A stretch of 64,000 nt of DNA, from assembly GCA_963705105.1 (NCBI GenBank), contig CAVPIW010000010.1:195671-259670 (forward strand), in the 5' to 3' direction. The first letter of the stretch is position 1; the number at the start of each line of letters is the position of its first letter. A program made the position numbers and the translations under genes. The DNA comes from an uncultured Nitrospiraceae bacterium (lineage in GTDB: Bacteria; Nitrospirota; Thermodesulfovibrionia; Thermodesulfovibrionales; Dissulfurispiraceae). The notes beneath the pieces were generated by a model. The model was not told where the DNA came from and did not search any database. It saw only the letters and a list, made by a program, of their open reading frames with translations. Of the stretch, positions 28,958 to 39,632 are shown piece after piece.

Positions 28958-30109
28958 ATGAAAAGAAGAGATTTCCTGAAAGCCGGACTGGTGGGGACAA
29001 CAACGGCCCTGCTGGCGGGAAAAGGCATTGCACAGGCCCTGGAGAAAGAGGCGGCACCGGGTCCCTTCATCTTTCCCAAGCCTGTGTACCGGACCCTCGG
29101 CCGGACGGGACTGAAGATCAGCGTCGTCAGCTTCGGGGCAATGCTGACGCCTGAGGCCGAGGTGATGAGGATCGCCTTCGAACACGGCGTCAATTATGTC
29201 GACACGGCCCGCCGGTACATGGACGGCAAAAATGAGGCGATCGTGGGAAAGGCCCTGAAAGGCATGAGGGACAGGGTATATGTGGCGACGAAGACCCTTC
29301 CCGGTTCGACATCGAGGGAGGACATCGTCAGGGACGTCGAGACGAGCCTGAAAAATCTCGGCACCGATTATATCGATGTCATCCAGCTCCACAACCTGAC
29401 GGGAAAAGAGCGTGTCTTCATCGCCGAGACCCGCGAGGCCCTCGTCAGACTGAAGGAGCAGGGCAAGGTGCGGTTCTTCGGGGTGACCACCCACAAGAAC
29501 CAGCCGGAGGTGCTCGACGCCCTTGTCGAAGACCGGGAACGCTTCTTCGACACGGCCCTCGTCGCTTACAACTTCAAGAGTTCAAAAGAAGACGCCGCCG
29601 CCATAGCGCGGGCCGCTCAGGCAAATATCGGGATTATTGCGATGAAAACGCAGGCCGGCGGATACAGCACTGACGCACTGGGTCCCATAAGCCCCCATCA
29701 GGCCGCCCTCAAATGGGCACTGCAGAATAGGCACATTACGACCGCGATTCCGGGGATGCGGGACATGGCACAGCTCAGGGAAGACATTGCCGTCATGGGA
29801 ATGCCTTTCGGGTACGCTGATAAGCTTATACTCCAACGTTACAGCGCCGCCGTGCAGCCGTACTACTGCTCTTTCTGCGGAAAATGCGAGGCCACCTGTC
29901 CCATGGGCGTCGAGATCAGCACGATCAACCGCAGCCTCATGTACGCCGAAGCGTACAAAAGCCCGGATCTTGCCCTCTCCACGTACAGGGAGGTCCCGTT
30001 GTCCGCATCAACGGCCGTATGCCTCCGTTGTTCGGACTGTGCCGCGCAGTGCGTCAACGGGCTGGATATCGCCGCAAAGATGGAGCGCGCAAGAAAAGTG
30101 CTGACATAG
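28958..30109 (+). CDS. Tat-exported aldo/keto reductase with C-terminal Fe-S-type Cys motifs
   Basis: KRRDFLK; YRTLGRTG, DTARRY; CSFCGKCEATCP, CLRCSDCAAQC. Confidence 0.88.
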   Translation: MKRRDFLKAGLVGTTTALLAGKGIAQALEKEAAPGPFIFPKPVYRTLGRTGLKISVVSFGAMLTPEAEVMRIAFEHGVNYVDTARRYMDGKNEAIVGKALKGMRDRVYVATKTLPGSTSREDIVRDVETSLKNLGTDYIDVIQLHNLTGKERVFIAETREALVRLKEQGKVRFFGVTTHKNQPEVLDALVEDRERFFDTALVAYNFKSSKEDAAAIARAAQANIGIIAMKTQAGGYSTDALGPISPHQAALKWALQNRHITTAIPGMRDMAQLREDIAVMGMPFGYADKLILQRYSAAVQPYYCSFCGKCEATCPMGVEISTINRSLMYAEAYKSPDLALSTYREVPLSASTAVCLRCSDCAAQCVNGLDIAAKMERARKVLT

Positions 30110-30377
30110 GGCAGCAGGATGACCATATCACTAACACATTTGCCCTATCGTTGCAATCGCCCTCCCGGAAGGCGGGGTGTATGCGCCGAAAACCTTGATG
30201 CGGCGACACCGTAACTGCCGCAGGGGACGACGTTTCAGGCAAATGATCGATCGCACAGAGAGCGGATTTCTGAAAGACGAACATGACAATGCTCATCGTC
30301 GCCTTCAGCAAGGCTTTGAGGCGCTTCGCCCCGCCTTGTCATGCAACGACAGGATATTACTTCGCTGCCCGGCGTTC

Positions 30378-31286
30378 ATGATCCTCCTGACGGTCCTGTG
30401 CTCATTTTGCATATCGGCTCCCGCCGCAGGGAAGACCCTTGAGGAGATGCTCCCGGCGCCTGCCTGTGCCGACGGATGGACCATGGAGGAGAAGGCTGTC
30501 CTCTACACCAAAGACACCCTCTTCGACCGCATCAACGGCGAAGCGGAGCTCTATTTCCCCTATGGCTTCGAGGTTCTCGTCTCGGCCAGATACGCAAGCG
30601 TGAAGAACCCGGATCTCGCCGTCGAGGCGGACGTCTACAAAATGGGATCTCCCCTCGATGCCTTCGGCATTTTCGCCAACTACCGGAAGGCCGATGACAT
30701 CGTCGTCACCGTCGGCGCCGGGGGAACGGTGTCGTCATCTCAGCTCCTGTTCCACCAGGACCGCTATTTCGTGAGGCTCCAGGCTTCGGGCACATCGAAC
30801 CTGGGGCAGGATGTGCTCCTCGCATGCGCCAAAGCTGTTTCAAAGAATCTACCGGACCGGACGAACCTGCCGCCGGAGCTTGAGGCTTTCAGGATTGACG
30901 GTGTGGCCCGGAGGAGCGAGCGGTATACCGCCCAGAGCCTGCTGGGATACAGCTTTTTCCGCCGGGGCATCACGGCCGACGCAAGCCTCGACGGAGATCA
31001 GGCGCTCATCTTCATGGTGATCGAGGATTCGCGTGCTGCGGCTGCAAAGGCCTTCGACCTCTACCGCTCGTTCCTGAAAGAATCGGGAGGAGACATAAAG
31101 GTATCGGAATCGCGGGAGATCATCTCCCTGTCGGCTGTCGACCCGCTCTACAAAAACGTCTTTGCCGAGCAGCACGGCCGCTTTATCATCGGCGCCGTCA
31201 GGTTCAAAGATTCCCCGGCCGCGCAGTCTTTAGTCGAACGCCTGCGGAGACGCCTGGGCGAAGGCGGAGACGGCCCCACTCCGTAG
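30378..31286 (+). CDS. Exported DUF6599-like protein; start uncertain
   Basis: LFDRINGEAELYFPYGF, DAFGIF; the upstream ORF extension runs through a repeat element. Confidence 0.6.
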   Translation: MILLTVLCSFCISAPAAGKTLEEMLPAPACADGWTMEEKAVLYTKDTLFDRINGEAELYFPYGFEVLVSARYASVKNPDLAVEADVYKMGSPLDAFGIFANYRKADDIVVTVGAGGTVSSSQLLFHQDRYFVRLQASGTSNLGQDVLLACAKAVSKNLPDRTNLPPELEAFRIDGVARRSERYTAQSLLGYSFFRRGITADASLDGDQALIFMVIEDSRAAAAKAFDLYRSFLKESGGDIKVSESREIISLSAVDPLYKNVFAEQHGRFIIGAVRFKDSPAAQSLVERLRRRLGEGGDGPTP

Positions 31287-31659
31287 ATTCACCTTTTAGG
31301 TGCGCATACACCCTTCCGGAAAGGCGGGGTGTATGCGCCACTCATAAACAGTAGACAGAATAAAGTAAACAATAGACAGCAGGAAAAGACAAAAACCGGA
31401 CGACAAACGCACCGATGGGAAGGCTGATGTGGTGAGAAGCCTTTCCGCTAAGATACCTAATCTATCACCAGACCACCCTTTGCCGTGTCGACCGATGACA
31501 AAGGCCTGGCCCGTCAGGCAAAAGGCGCTGAACACCTGGAGATGTCTCATCATCGCATTGGAAAGGCTTCGAACCATATCTGCCTTCCCGGAGGCAGCTT
31601 CGTTATGAGATGGCTTTGAGGCGCTTCACCCTGCTTTTTCATGCAACTGCAAGGCTTAA

Positions 31660-33276
31660 TCAGGAGTCGAGGATTTCGCGGACCATCCTGAGGAGCTCGT
31701 GAGGCTTTGTGGGCTTTTTCATGAAGGGGAACCCCCGCTTCATCACGCCCGTTTTGTTGATGAAATCTTCGGCGTGACCGCTTGTGAAAATGAATCTGAC
31801 ACGGGGGTGCAGCTTTTTTATCTCATCATAAACCTCTTTGCCGCTCTTCTTCGGCATCACCACATCGAGGATGAGCAGATCGATGGATTCCTGGTGCTCC
31901 AGAAACCGGCCGATCGCCTCTTCCCCGTCTTCAGCCTCGATGACGTGGTAGCCGAATTCTTCGAGGACCATTCTCGTGAGGTTCCGCACTTCCTGGTTGT
32001 CTTCGACAAGAAGGATCGTCTCCTGGCTTCCCCGCGGGATGAGCCTGAACTGCTTTGTCCCGTCGCGGGGGGCCTTCTTCGATGTCAGGGGGAGATAAAT
32101 CCGGAAGGTCGTACCCCTTCCCATCTTGCTGGCGACTTCGATGTACCCTTCGTGCTGCTTGATGATCCCATACACCATGGACAGCCCGAGGCCCGTGCCC
32201 TTGCCGACTTCCTTCGTGGTGAAGAAAGGCTCGAAGATCTTTTCCCTCGTCTTTTTGCTCATCCCTATCCCCGTGTCCTCAAAAGTGATCAGGGCATATC
32301 GTCCGAACTTGCCGAAGCCGTGGGTCCTCATGAAGGTTTCTTCGATGGTGACGCCCTCTGTCGTGATCGTGATCTCTCCCCCGTTGGGCATGGCATCGCG
32401 GGAATTTGTCGCCAGGTTCATGAGCACCTGTTCGATCTGGACGCCGTCCGCCACAACAGGAAGGTTTTCATGCGTGGTATGGACGGAAAGACGGATGTCT
32501 TCGCGGATGAGCCGAACGAGCAGGCTCTCAACGCCCCTGACGATCTCGTTTATTTCAGTGACACGGGGGTTCAGAACCTGCCTTCTGCTGAAGGCAAGGA
32601 GACCCTGGGTCAGGTTTGCCGCTTTTTCCGCCGAAGAGAGGATCTGCTCGGCATAAATCCTGAGGGGATCGTCCCTGTCGAGCTTCATCTGGAGCAGGTT
32701 GCCGTAGCCGATGATCGTGGTCAGTAGATTGTTGAAATCATGGGCGATGCCCCCGGCCAGCTGTCCCACCGCTTCCATCTTCTGGGCATGGCGGAGCTGC
32801 ATTTCAAGCATCTCCCGGTCCTTCTCGGCGCTCTTCAACTCTGTAATGTCCCGTATCGACTCGATGGCGCCCACTATATTCCCCTCACGGTCGAGAAGTG
32901 CCGAGGCTGTGATGGAGATGTGAGCGCCCCTGCCGCCGTAGAGAGTGGGGGCGAATACCTCGGCGTGGATGAGATTTCCCTTCCGCTTGATGTAGTCGTA
33001 TCTCGCCTCGAGCTGACGGTCGGGATGCCAGACAAGATCGATGAGAAAAGACCTTGCCTCGCCGTAAAACGGAACGGAGCAGGCGGTATGCTCCTTGCCG
33101 AGAATCATGCTTTTCGGGATGCCTGTCATCACCTCGATGGCGTGGTTCCACGCGACGACTCTCCTGTCGGCATCGATGACGATCGTGGCGTCGGGGAAAA
33201 ACTCGATGATGTCGTACGTGCGCCGGAGGGCCTCTTCCAACATGGTAATGATATAGTACAACAATTCTCCCTTCAA
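31660..33276 (-). CDS. PAS-domain hybrid histidine kinase/response regulator
   Basis: [34 protein letters not shown], receiver LDVVMP. Confidence 0.92.
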   Translation of the reverse strand: MKGELLYYIITMLEEALRRTYDIIEFFPDATIVIDADRRVVAWNHAIEVMTGIPKSMILGKEHTACSVPFYGEARSFLIDLVWHPDRQLEARYDYIKRKGNLIHAEVFAPTLYGGRGAHISITASALLDREGNIVGAIESIRDITELKSAEKDREMLEMQLRHAQKMEAVGQLAGGIAHDFNNLLTTIIGYGNLLQMKLDRDDPLRIYAEQILSSAEKAANLTQGLLAFSRRQVLNPRVTEINEIVRGVESLLVRLIREDIRLSVHTTHENLPVVADGVQIEQVLMNLATNSRDAMPNGGEITITTEGVTIEETFMRTHGFGKFGRYALITFEDTGIGMSKKTREKIFEPFFTTKEVGKGTGLGLSMVYGIIKQHEGYIEVASKMGRGTTFRIYLPLTSKKAPRDGTKQFRLIPRGSQETILLVEDNQEVRNLTRMVLEEFGYHVIEAEDGEEAIGRFLEHQESIDLLILDVVMPKKSGKEVYDEIKKLHPRVRFIFTSGHAEDFINKTGVMKRGFPFMKKPTKPHELLRMVREILDS

Positions 33277-33527
33277 TGGGACACTTTTTTCGGTCGGCAG
33301 GCTTTATTGTTCAGTTTCGTGAAAGGGTGGGGCGAAGCGCCCTGAAAAATAGTGGCAGTGTGAGTGTGAGTGTCAGAAAAGGCACGTAAAGACAGTGTGA
33401 GTGTGAGTGTGAGTGTCGGAGAAAGGCACGTAAAGACAGTGTGAGTGAGTGTGTGTGTGTCAGAGAAGAGGCGTTTGCGACAATAAGGTTTACAGTTGCA
33501 GAGAGAGCTTCTCTTTCAGGGGATGGG

Positions 33528-33569
33528 GTGAACAGCCGCCCCGCGCATTGACGCGGGGCGGCTGTTCAT
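33528..33569 (-). terminator. Strong hairpin downstream of the 33585-34112 gene
   Basis: TGAACAGCCGCCCCGCG...CGCGGGGCGGCTGTTCA. Confidence 0.7.
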
Positions 33570-33584
33570 CGGTGACCGAAAATA

Positions 33585-34112
33585 TTACAGGAGACTCAGG
33601 AAACTGGTGATCATCTCGGGTGTCTCGAGGGTTGCAACATAAAGGTAATCCCCTGAAAAGCCGAGCAGGGCCGCAAGGTCGGCGACCCAGACATCGATCT
33701 TGATGTTGCTGCCGTACTCAGCGGATACCGAGGCCTTCTTTGTCACGTCGAGGAAGATATAGAGGTCGAACCCGGCCCCCTGGTATGCGATCTTGGCAAC
33801 CGACTTGAGGGCATCGGCGTCGGTCGCACCGAACTGTATTCTCAGTTGGGAAGGTTTCAATACAAGGGGGGTGCCCTGGGTGAGACCCAGCGACCCTATC
33901 AACCCTGCCACGGCATCGGACAACTGGTCCGCCTGAGCCTCGGTGAAGGCGCCCTGGTCGAACTTGCCGACGACGACAATCGCCGGGTCATCGGGGCTCA
34001 CCGGATCCACAGCCGCAAGGACGGGATAGCCCGCGGAAAAGGCCGTCGTTGTGACCGCCAGCAGAAAAACAGCGATAAAGACCATGCCCAGAATACTTTT
34101 TCCTCTCATCAT
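33585..34112 (-). CDS. Secreted hypothetical protein
   Basis: Signal peptide, RBS AGGAGG, own terminator. Confidence 0.7.
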   Translation of the reverse strand: MMRGKSILGMVFIAVFLLAVTTTAFSAGYPVLAAVDPVSPDDPAIVVVGKFDQGAFTEAQADQLSDAVAGLIGSLGLTQGTPLVLKPSQLRIQFGATDADALKSVAKIAYQGAGFDLYIFLDVTKKASVSAEYGSNIKIDVWVADLAALLGFSGDYLYVATLETPEMITSFLSLL

Positions 34113-34481
34113 GCGTTTCCTCCTTTAGGATAATATGTCTTGCCAAGGACTTCCTGCATCACCATGATGCATTTTCAAATCCTCTGCCGCGAGAACCATA
34201 GACATATATTATATTCGGAGAAAAAGTCAGGTCAATCAGTCCTGCCGGAGGGCGTGGCCAGAGCCATGTTCCTGTAGGGGCCGTTCCCCGAACAGCCCGA
34301 TATATGCAGAAGATGTTTTCTTTCTTTGCGCTCTTTGCAACTTTGTGTGAGATAAAATTCGGTTGGATATACCGTGGTCTGCCCGGGGAGCAGACTCCAC
34401 ATAATCATTGTCGCTATCAGCAGGACCTAAAGGCGCTTTGCCCTCCCTTTTCATGCAACCGCACGGTCACGGCAGGGCATA

Positions 34482-35345
34482 TCAGGAACGATGCCGGGCA
34501 GGAGGGGTGGCGCGAACCTTTGCCAACCCCTTTTCTATACTCTCATAGGCAAGGGAGGAGAGGAGCTTCCTCGCAGCCGTCCCGTCATGTTCGCCCGGTT
34601 CCCGGGAAATGACAGGATTGAACCGGACAACGGCATCAATGGCAGACACGCCGATGAGTTTCCAGAAGTGCGGGAGGAAGGCCATGTTTCCATACCACGG
34701 GACAGGACCCGGTCCTGTCTCCAATGCATGGCCGCCGCGGGGGAAGGGGCCGTAGGAGATGCTCACGGGATGAACGGGTATGCCGAGTTTCACCGGGGCC
34801 TGGAAGAAGGAACTCCTGAAATCCAGCAGGGCTGAGCCGTCTCCCGTGGTTCCTTCGGGAAAGAGGATCACATTGGCGCCATGCAGAAGCACCTCTTCCA
34901 CTTCCGGAAGGGCCTTCACAATCGCCTGCCGGGAAGTCCTGTCGATGAAGATCGTCCCGGCAAACCCCGCAAGCCAGCCCAGAAGAGGCCATGAGCGGAC
35001 ATCATGCCTGGATATGAAGACCGACGGCTGGATGCCCGCGAGGACAAAAATATCGACGTAGCTCACATGGTTGCTCACGATGAACGAGCCGGCGCCCCTG
35101 TTCCGGACGCCACGCACATGAACCCTCACAGAGAGGATGCGGCAAAGGAGACGGCCCCAGGCCATGGCGGCGCGGGCCCTGATCCTCGCAAGCCTTCCCC
35201 GGTTGCCAAGCGACAGGACGGGGAAGCAGATTCCCGCGAACAGGAAAGCGAAACAGACAATAAGCAGGCCTGTCAGCCGGAGGACGCGTCTCAGTTCCCT
35301 CCCCTTTCCACGGTCCGGTCGACGAAAGTCCTGAATCTCGCGCAT
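34482..35345 (-). CDS. Lysophospholipid acyltransferase (PlsC/OlsA-like)
   Basis: NHVSYVD, FIDR, FPEGTT. Confidence 0.85.
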   Translation of the reverse strand: MREIQDFRRPDRGKGRELRRVLRLTGLLIVCFAFLFAGICFPVLSLGNRGRLARIRARAAMAWGRLLCRILSVRVHVRGVRNRGAGSFIVSNHVSYVDIFVLAGIQPSVFISRHDVRSWPLLGWLAGFAGTIFIDRTSRQAIVKALPEVEEVLLHGANVILFPEGTTGDGSALLDFRSSFFQAPVKLGIPVHPVSISYGPFPRGGHALETGPGPVPWYGNMAFLPHFWKLIGVSAIDAVVRFNPVISREPGEHDGTAARKLLSSLAYESIEKGLAKVRATPPARHRS

Positions 35346-35527
35346 TCAAAGCCGGTCTCCATGCAGGAGACCACTTCATCGTCCCCGCAGGAGATGCAGG
35401 GCGGTATCCTGCCGCCCAGCCTCTGGACCACGGCCCGGTACTCTTCGGGGCTCATCCCGTCATCTTCACCTTGTCTCATCATGTCGAAATCCTGTATCGA
35501 CACCTGTTTTTGCTTAAGAGCATTCAT
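35291..35527 (-). CDS. Small Cys-containing hypothetical protein
   Basis: AGGAGG + ATG 35527; CISC...C...C. Confidence 0.5.
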   Translation of the reverse strand: MNALKQKQVSIQDFDMMRQGEDDGMSPEEYRAVVQRLGGRIPPCISCGDDEVVSCMETGFECARFRTFVDRTVERGGN

Positions 35528-35788
35528 AGCAAGCCTCCTGCGATGCGCGGCATGGGCAGGGCGTCTCGCCCGCCCTCGGCTTTTCGTTTCAGTAAGCGGT
35601 CCTACTGAGAAAGGACTCCCTCCGGGAGGACCATTTCTGGATATTTTGACGCAAAATGACCACAAGAGTTTAAGCGATCACATTCACTGACATGCACACT
35701 CGCACTCACTGTATTTCCGTTCATTCACCGGTACTGACACTCACACTAATCTCCCATCCATCACTCACACTTGTCACTCACACTCACA

Positions 35789-37288
35789 CTACATTTCCCT
35801 CTTCGCTTCTCTCGCAAGGTGCACGAGCTCCCAGTACGGGGGCTCGTACCCGCGCTCATTCCTGAAACGCTCAGCCTTCGCCGCGAGGCGCTCCGTTATA
35901 GACCGATGGACGGACTCGTAGCGCATGGCCCGCAAGGCCGTTGCAGCCGACATGCCCTCCGGCACCGGTCCCGCTTTGCCGAACCGGTTGAGGATAACGC
36001 TGTATGCCTTTGCGATCCGGGAGAGGGGCAGCAGGAACCACTGGTATGAAAGCTCTTCTCCCCGTTCAGCCCCCTCGAGCATAACTTCCGTCACGGCGTT
36101 GTCAAGACGGTCTTTCCGGAGCGTCCCGGGGTCACGCCATTCGGCGACGACACGCAACTGCGGGTCGTATTCAAGATCCGACGGCTCCTGCGTCTCAAAA
36201 TATCGCACTCCGAACCCGCTCAGCCATCGCCGCAGGCCCGGCGACGAAATGTGAGAGACGCCCGCCCATAGCCGGATCCCGTAGCGGCTGTATGCCTCGG
36301 AAGCCACCTCGGAGCAGAAGAGCTTCGAGGGGTCCTTATAGTCCATCTCGAAATCATAGGGGATGTGACTTCTCGTGGCGCGGGTGTATGCGTACTCCGC
36401 GGCCTTGTGCGGCGCCATCGGGTCTCCTAGGATCTCCGGAAGGTCCGCCCGGGGACGCAGCACCATCACCCGTAGCTTCTTGTCACCGAGGTACTGCTCC
36501 ACCGTGGAGACGGTGACGCCGACTTCGATGTGCGATTCGACAATCTTCGCATCGCCGGACCGGGGATCGATGTAGACGAAGGCGATGTGCGAAAAATTGC
36601 CGGGGTAATCGTTCCCCCGGGCGATCAGGGCCGACGTCGGGGCGCCGCCCCGTGACACCAGGATATCGCCGCTGTGTATGCGGACCCCCCTGATGACTGC
36701 GGAAGGCGTTGCCGACGGTTCGTCCGTTTCATTGATCAGGGCGGGCACTGCGGCTGCCGGCGCCTGCATCATGATCTCCTCGACAGCGCCCCGGGAGCCG
36801 TAGAGCAGGCGATAGAGCGTCACCCTCGCGGGCTCGGAGTTCATATCCCATCGCTCCGACTGCCTCTTTATAATCCTGCGCAGGTCCGTCGCAAAGCTTA
36901 TATATTCCGTCAACCCTGTCCTGCATGCGCCCACGAGGGGCCCGATCTCGAAGAGGCTGCGCTCGATCCCGTCGAATGCGGGATCATCAGGGTCGAGCCC
37001 CCGGAGAGCGATCTGCCGGAGGCGTTCCTGCGCCCTGGCGATCCGGGGTTCGATCTCATGCTCCATCCTCTCACACCCCGAGTCCCTCAGCTCCCGGTAT
37101 TTCTTCTCCAACGCCGTCCAGTACGCATCCTGATTCCAGGCAAAGGGTTGTTTCTTCGCGGAAGACAGGTCCAAGACCGACGGCGCCGGATCGCGCTCCG
37201 GGAAAAGGAGGATGAGATAGACGATGCCGATCAGGGCGATCAGCACTGTGATGAAGAAATATCTCTTTTTTCTCACCTCTGATTGCAT
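35789..37288 (-). CDS. YiiX/YebB-like permuted NlpC/P60 cysteine hydrolase, membrane anchored
   Basis: GDILVSRG, FSHIA, PYDF, FCSEV. Confidence 0.8.
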   Translation of the reverse strand: MQSEVRKKRYFFITVLIALIGIVYLILLFPERDPAPSVLDLSSAKKQPFAWNQDAYWTALEKKYRELRDSGCERMEHEIEPRIARAQERLRQIALRGLDPDDPAFDGIERSLFEIGPLVGACRTGLTEYISFATDLRRIIKRQSERWDMNSEPARVTLYRLLYGSRGAVEEIMMQAPAAAVPALINETDEPSATPSAVIRGVRIHSGDILVSRGGAPTSALIARGNDYPGNFSHIAFVYIDPRSGDAKIVESHIEVGVTVSTVEQYLGDKKLRVMVLRPRADLPEILGDPMAPHKAAEYAYTRATRSHIPYDFEMDYKDPSKLFCSEVASEAYSRYGIRLWAGVSHISSPGLRRWLSGFGVRYFETQEPSDLEYDPQLRVVAEWRDPGTLRKDRLDNAVTEVMLEGAERGEELSYQWFLLPLSRIAKAYSVILNRFGKAGPVPEGMSAATALRAMRYESVHRSITERLAAKAERFRNERGYEPPYWELVHLAREAKREM

Positions 37289-37511
37289 CTGAAAGCACCC
37301 CGTTACATTTTATATGAATGTCCTTTTTACATATTAAATCATATGAATGCCTGTTTTACAATCGTTCTTTTCAGGAACGACATCAGGGAGATGAGAGGCA
37401 GGACCGTGACGCCATGAAACTGTCATCGGCCACCTTTGCGTGAGGCAGTCTTGAGTGTGGTTTGAAGCCGGGAGGCAGGGTGCCCGGCACCCTGCCTCCC
37501 TGTGAGGAAAG

Positions 37512-39632
37512 TTATTTGAGGAGCAGCGGCAGCGTATTTGCCGGCGCTGCCTGACCGCCGGTGTAGATGAGCGGCGACGATGCCGGCGCGATGCCTGGAG
37601 CCTGCAGGGACTGTATACTCTGTATACTCGATGAAGCCTGCACACACCCGCCGTTCTGACAGACCGTCCCGGCGGGGCAGCACCCGGCACCGCAGCACGT
37701 CGTCCCGGTCGGACAACACCCTGAGCCGCAGCACTGGCTTAACTGAGGACAGCATGCTGTTGCACCGGGGCAGCACAGAGTACCTCCCTGGCAACACCCC
37801 GCGCCGCAGCATGGACTGCCCGTAGGACAGCAGTGGTCACCGCAACACTTGTTGCCCGGTAAGCAGGCCATCCCACCACCGCAGCAATCAGAGCCGGCGG
37901 GGACGCACATCGACCCGCAAAGCTGGGGGTTATCAGGGGGGCATACGGTAGGGGTCGAACAACCTGTCGGTGTGCACGTCGACCCGGCAGGACAGCAATG
38001 GGACGAACAGACGACAGGGCTTTCAGCACAGCAAGTAGGCGGCAGGCAGGCGGCGACACACTGATTGTCCCTGCAGATCTGTCCTGAGGCGCAGCAGTTC
38101 GGCCCGCAGGGCGTCGGCTTATCGGCAGGGCAGGAGCAGCCGCCGTTGGCCGAGCACACCCTGCCTGCCGGGCAGCAGCCGCCGTCGGCGCAACAGATGT
38201 TGCCGCTTGGACAGCACCTGCCGTCGTTGCAGCAGACATGGTTCGCCGCGCCCGCACAATGGTAAGACGTGCAGCAGGTGGCGCCGGAAGGCATGCACTT
38301 GTCGCCGCATACGTCAGGGGCGTTGCCGGGACAGCAGATGCCCTTGCCGGCGATGAACGTGGAACCGGCAGGGCAACAAGCATTATTGGTTGCGTCACAG
38401 ACCTCGCCTCCGCCACAGCAAACATTGCCGCAGCATTGCTGTCCCTGTACACAGGAACCGGGAGGGCCTGTCTGGCAGCACACGTCGGTCAGATCGATGC
38501 ACCCTCCCCGGCATTCCTTCTTGCCCTCAGGGCATCGTGTAACGTTCACCGCCGCATAGATTTCGGCTTTCAGGCCCCATCCGTCAGTTACGGTAAAATA
38601 CACGTGGTGAAACCACTCAGTCGCAAAGGAGAATGTGAAACAATAAGTGCCACTGTTGCCTGCGGGCTGCTGTTGGTCCACAGGCGGATCATGCATTTTG
38701 ATCTTCAGCGTGTTGCTGTCTGTGGAGGTCTTCCACTGGACACACCACTTTCCCTGTTCATCTATCAGCAGACGGTTGGTTTGGCTCGTGAATGCAATCT
38801 GCGGAGGAGGGCCGGGCACGACGTTGAAGGTGCATGTCTTTTCTGCGGTGCCGAAGGCGTTTGCCAGGACAAAGCGGACCGTGTGGGAACCAACTGTGTC
38901 GATAGTCGCAGTCAGCTCTGAGAACGGAGATCCTGAAGAATGATTCTTTTCGACAGGCCCTTCGACGACTTTGCCATCCAGGTACCATGTTTCCGTGAAC
39001 GTCCCACCGCTGCCGAGATGGGCGGATATGAAGAATTCCTTGTTGACCACGTAGGAGGGTTCACAGGAGAGGCTTAAGACAACGGGCGGCTTGTCGATGC
39101 GGAAATGGCGAAATGCATGGCAAAAAAACTGATCAGTTATAAAGGTCATCATGTAGCTTGAGTCACTTCCCGTATCTGTCGGACACTGCCATGTCGTCTC
39201 CAGAATGCCGCCCCTGAGCGTCCCTTCGAATACGAGGAGCTCCTCAAAGTGATCGTCGTCACCAGAGGCATAGGGAAGGGATCTCAGCACCTCGATGGTC
39301 GCCTTGATATTGTCCAGTGGAGGAACCGTTGTTCCCCGAAGCAGGACCGTCGTCCCCGGCTTGCCGTGGCTGGGACTCATGAAGAGGCTGCAACTGATAT
39401 CTTGACCTGGGGTCCCGGTGCCTGAAACATCTTCCTGGTTTTTCTTAGTGAGGGCCTTTATCGCCTGCAGTAAGGGGGTGTCCTCTGCGGGGCATTCAAA
39501 GGCAAAGAGGGCGACAAATATGACTGCCACGATCAGACAGGGGCCCCATTGGGGGCCTCTCGAATTCCTCATCAGTGTACTCCTCGTCAATCTCATTATG
39601 GTGTCCATGGCGACCTCGTATAGAACTGTCAT
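37512..39632 (-). CDS. Secreted protein with Ig/PKD-like N-terminus and very Cys-rich C-terminal domain (copy 1)
   Basis: Hydrophobic leader; about 72 Cys in ~300 aa, mostly CC pairs. Confidence 0.8.
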   Translation of the reverse strand: MTVLYEVAMDTIMRLTRSTLMRNSRGPQWGPCLIVAVIFVALFAFECPAEDTPLLQAIKALTKKNQEDVSGTGTPGQDISCSLFMSPSHGKPGTTVLLRGTTVPPLDNIKATIEVLRSLPYASGDDDHFEELLVFEGTLRGGILETTWQCPTDTGSDSSYMMTFITDQFFCHAFRHFRIDKPPVVLSLSCEPSYVVNKEFFISAHLGSGGTFTETWYLDGKVVEGPVEKNHSSGSPFSELTATIDTVGSHTVRFVLANAFGTAEKTCTFNVVPGPPPQIAFTSQTNRLLIDEQGKWCVQWKTSTDSNTLKIKMHDPPVDQQQPAGNSGTYCFTFSFATEWFHHVYFTVTDGWGLKAEIYAAVNVTRCPEGKKECRGGCIDLTDVCCQTGPPGSCVQGQQCCGNVCCGGGEVCDATNNACCPAGSTFIAGKGICCPGNAPDVCGDKCMPSGATCCTSYHCAGAANHVCCNDGRCCPSGNICCADGGCCPAGRVCSANGGCSCPADKPTPCGPNCCASGQICRDNQCVAACLPPTCCAESPVVCSSHCCPAGSTCTPTGCSTPTVCPPDNPQLCGSMCVPAGSDCCGGGMACLPGNKCCGDHCCPTGSPCCGAGCCQGGTLCCPGATACCPQLSQCCGSGCCPTGTTCCGAGCCPAGTVCQNGGCVQASSSIQSIQSLQAPGIAPASSPLIYTGGQAAPANTLPLLLK

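Noticed and set aside
35640..37360. Additional PHO boxes at ~35646 and ~37302
   Set aside because: Spacing is 10, 12 or 29 bp rather than 11; not convincing
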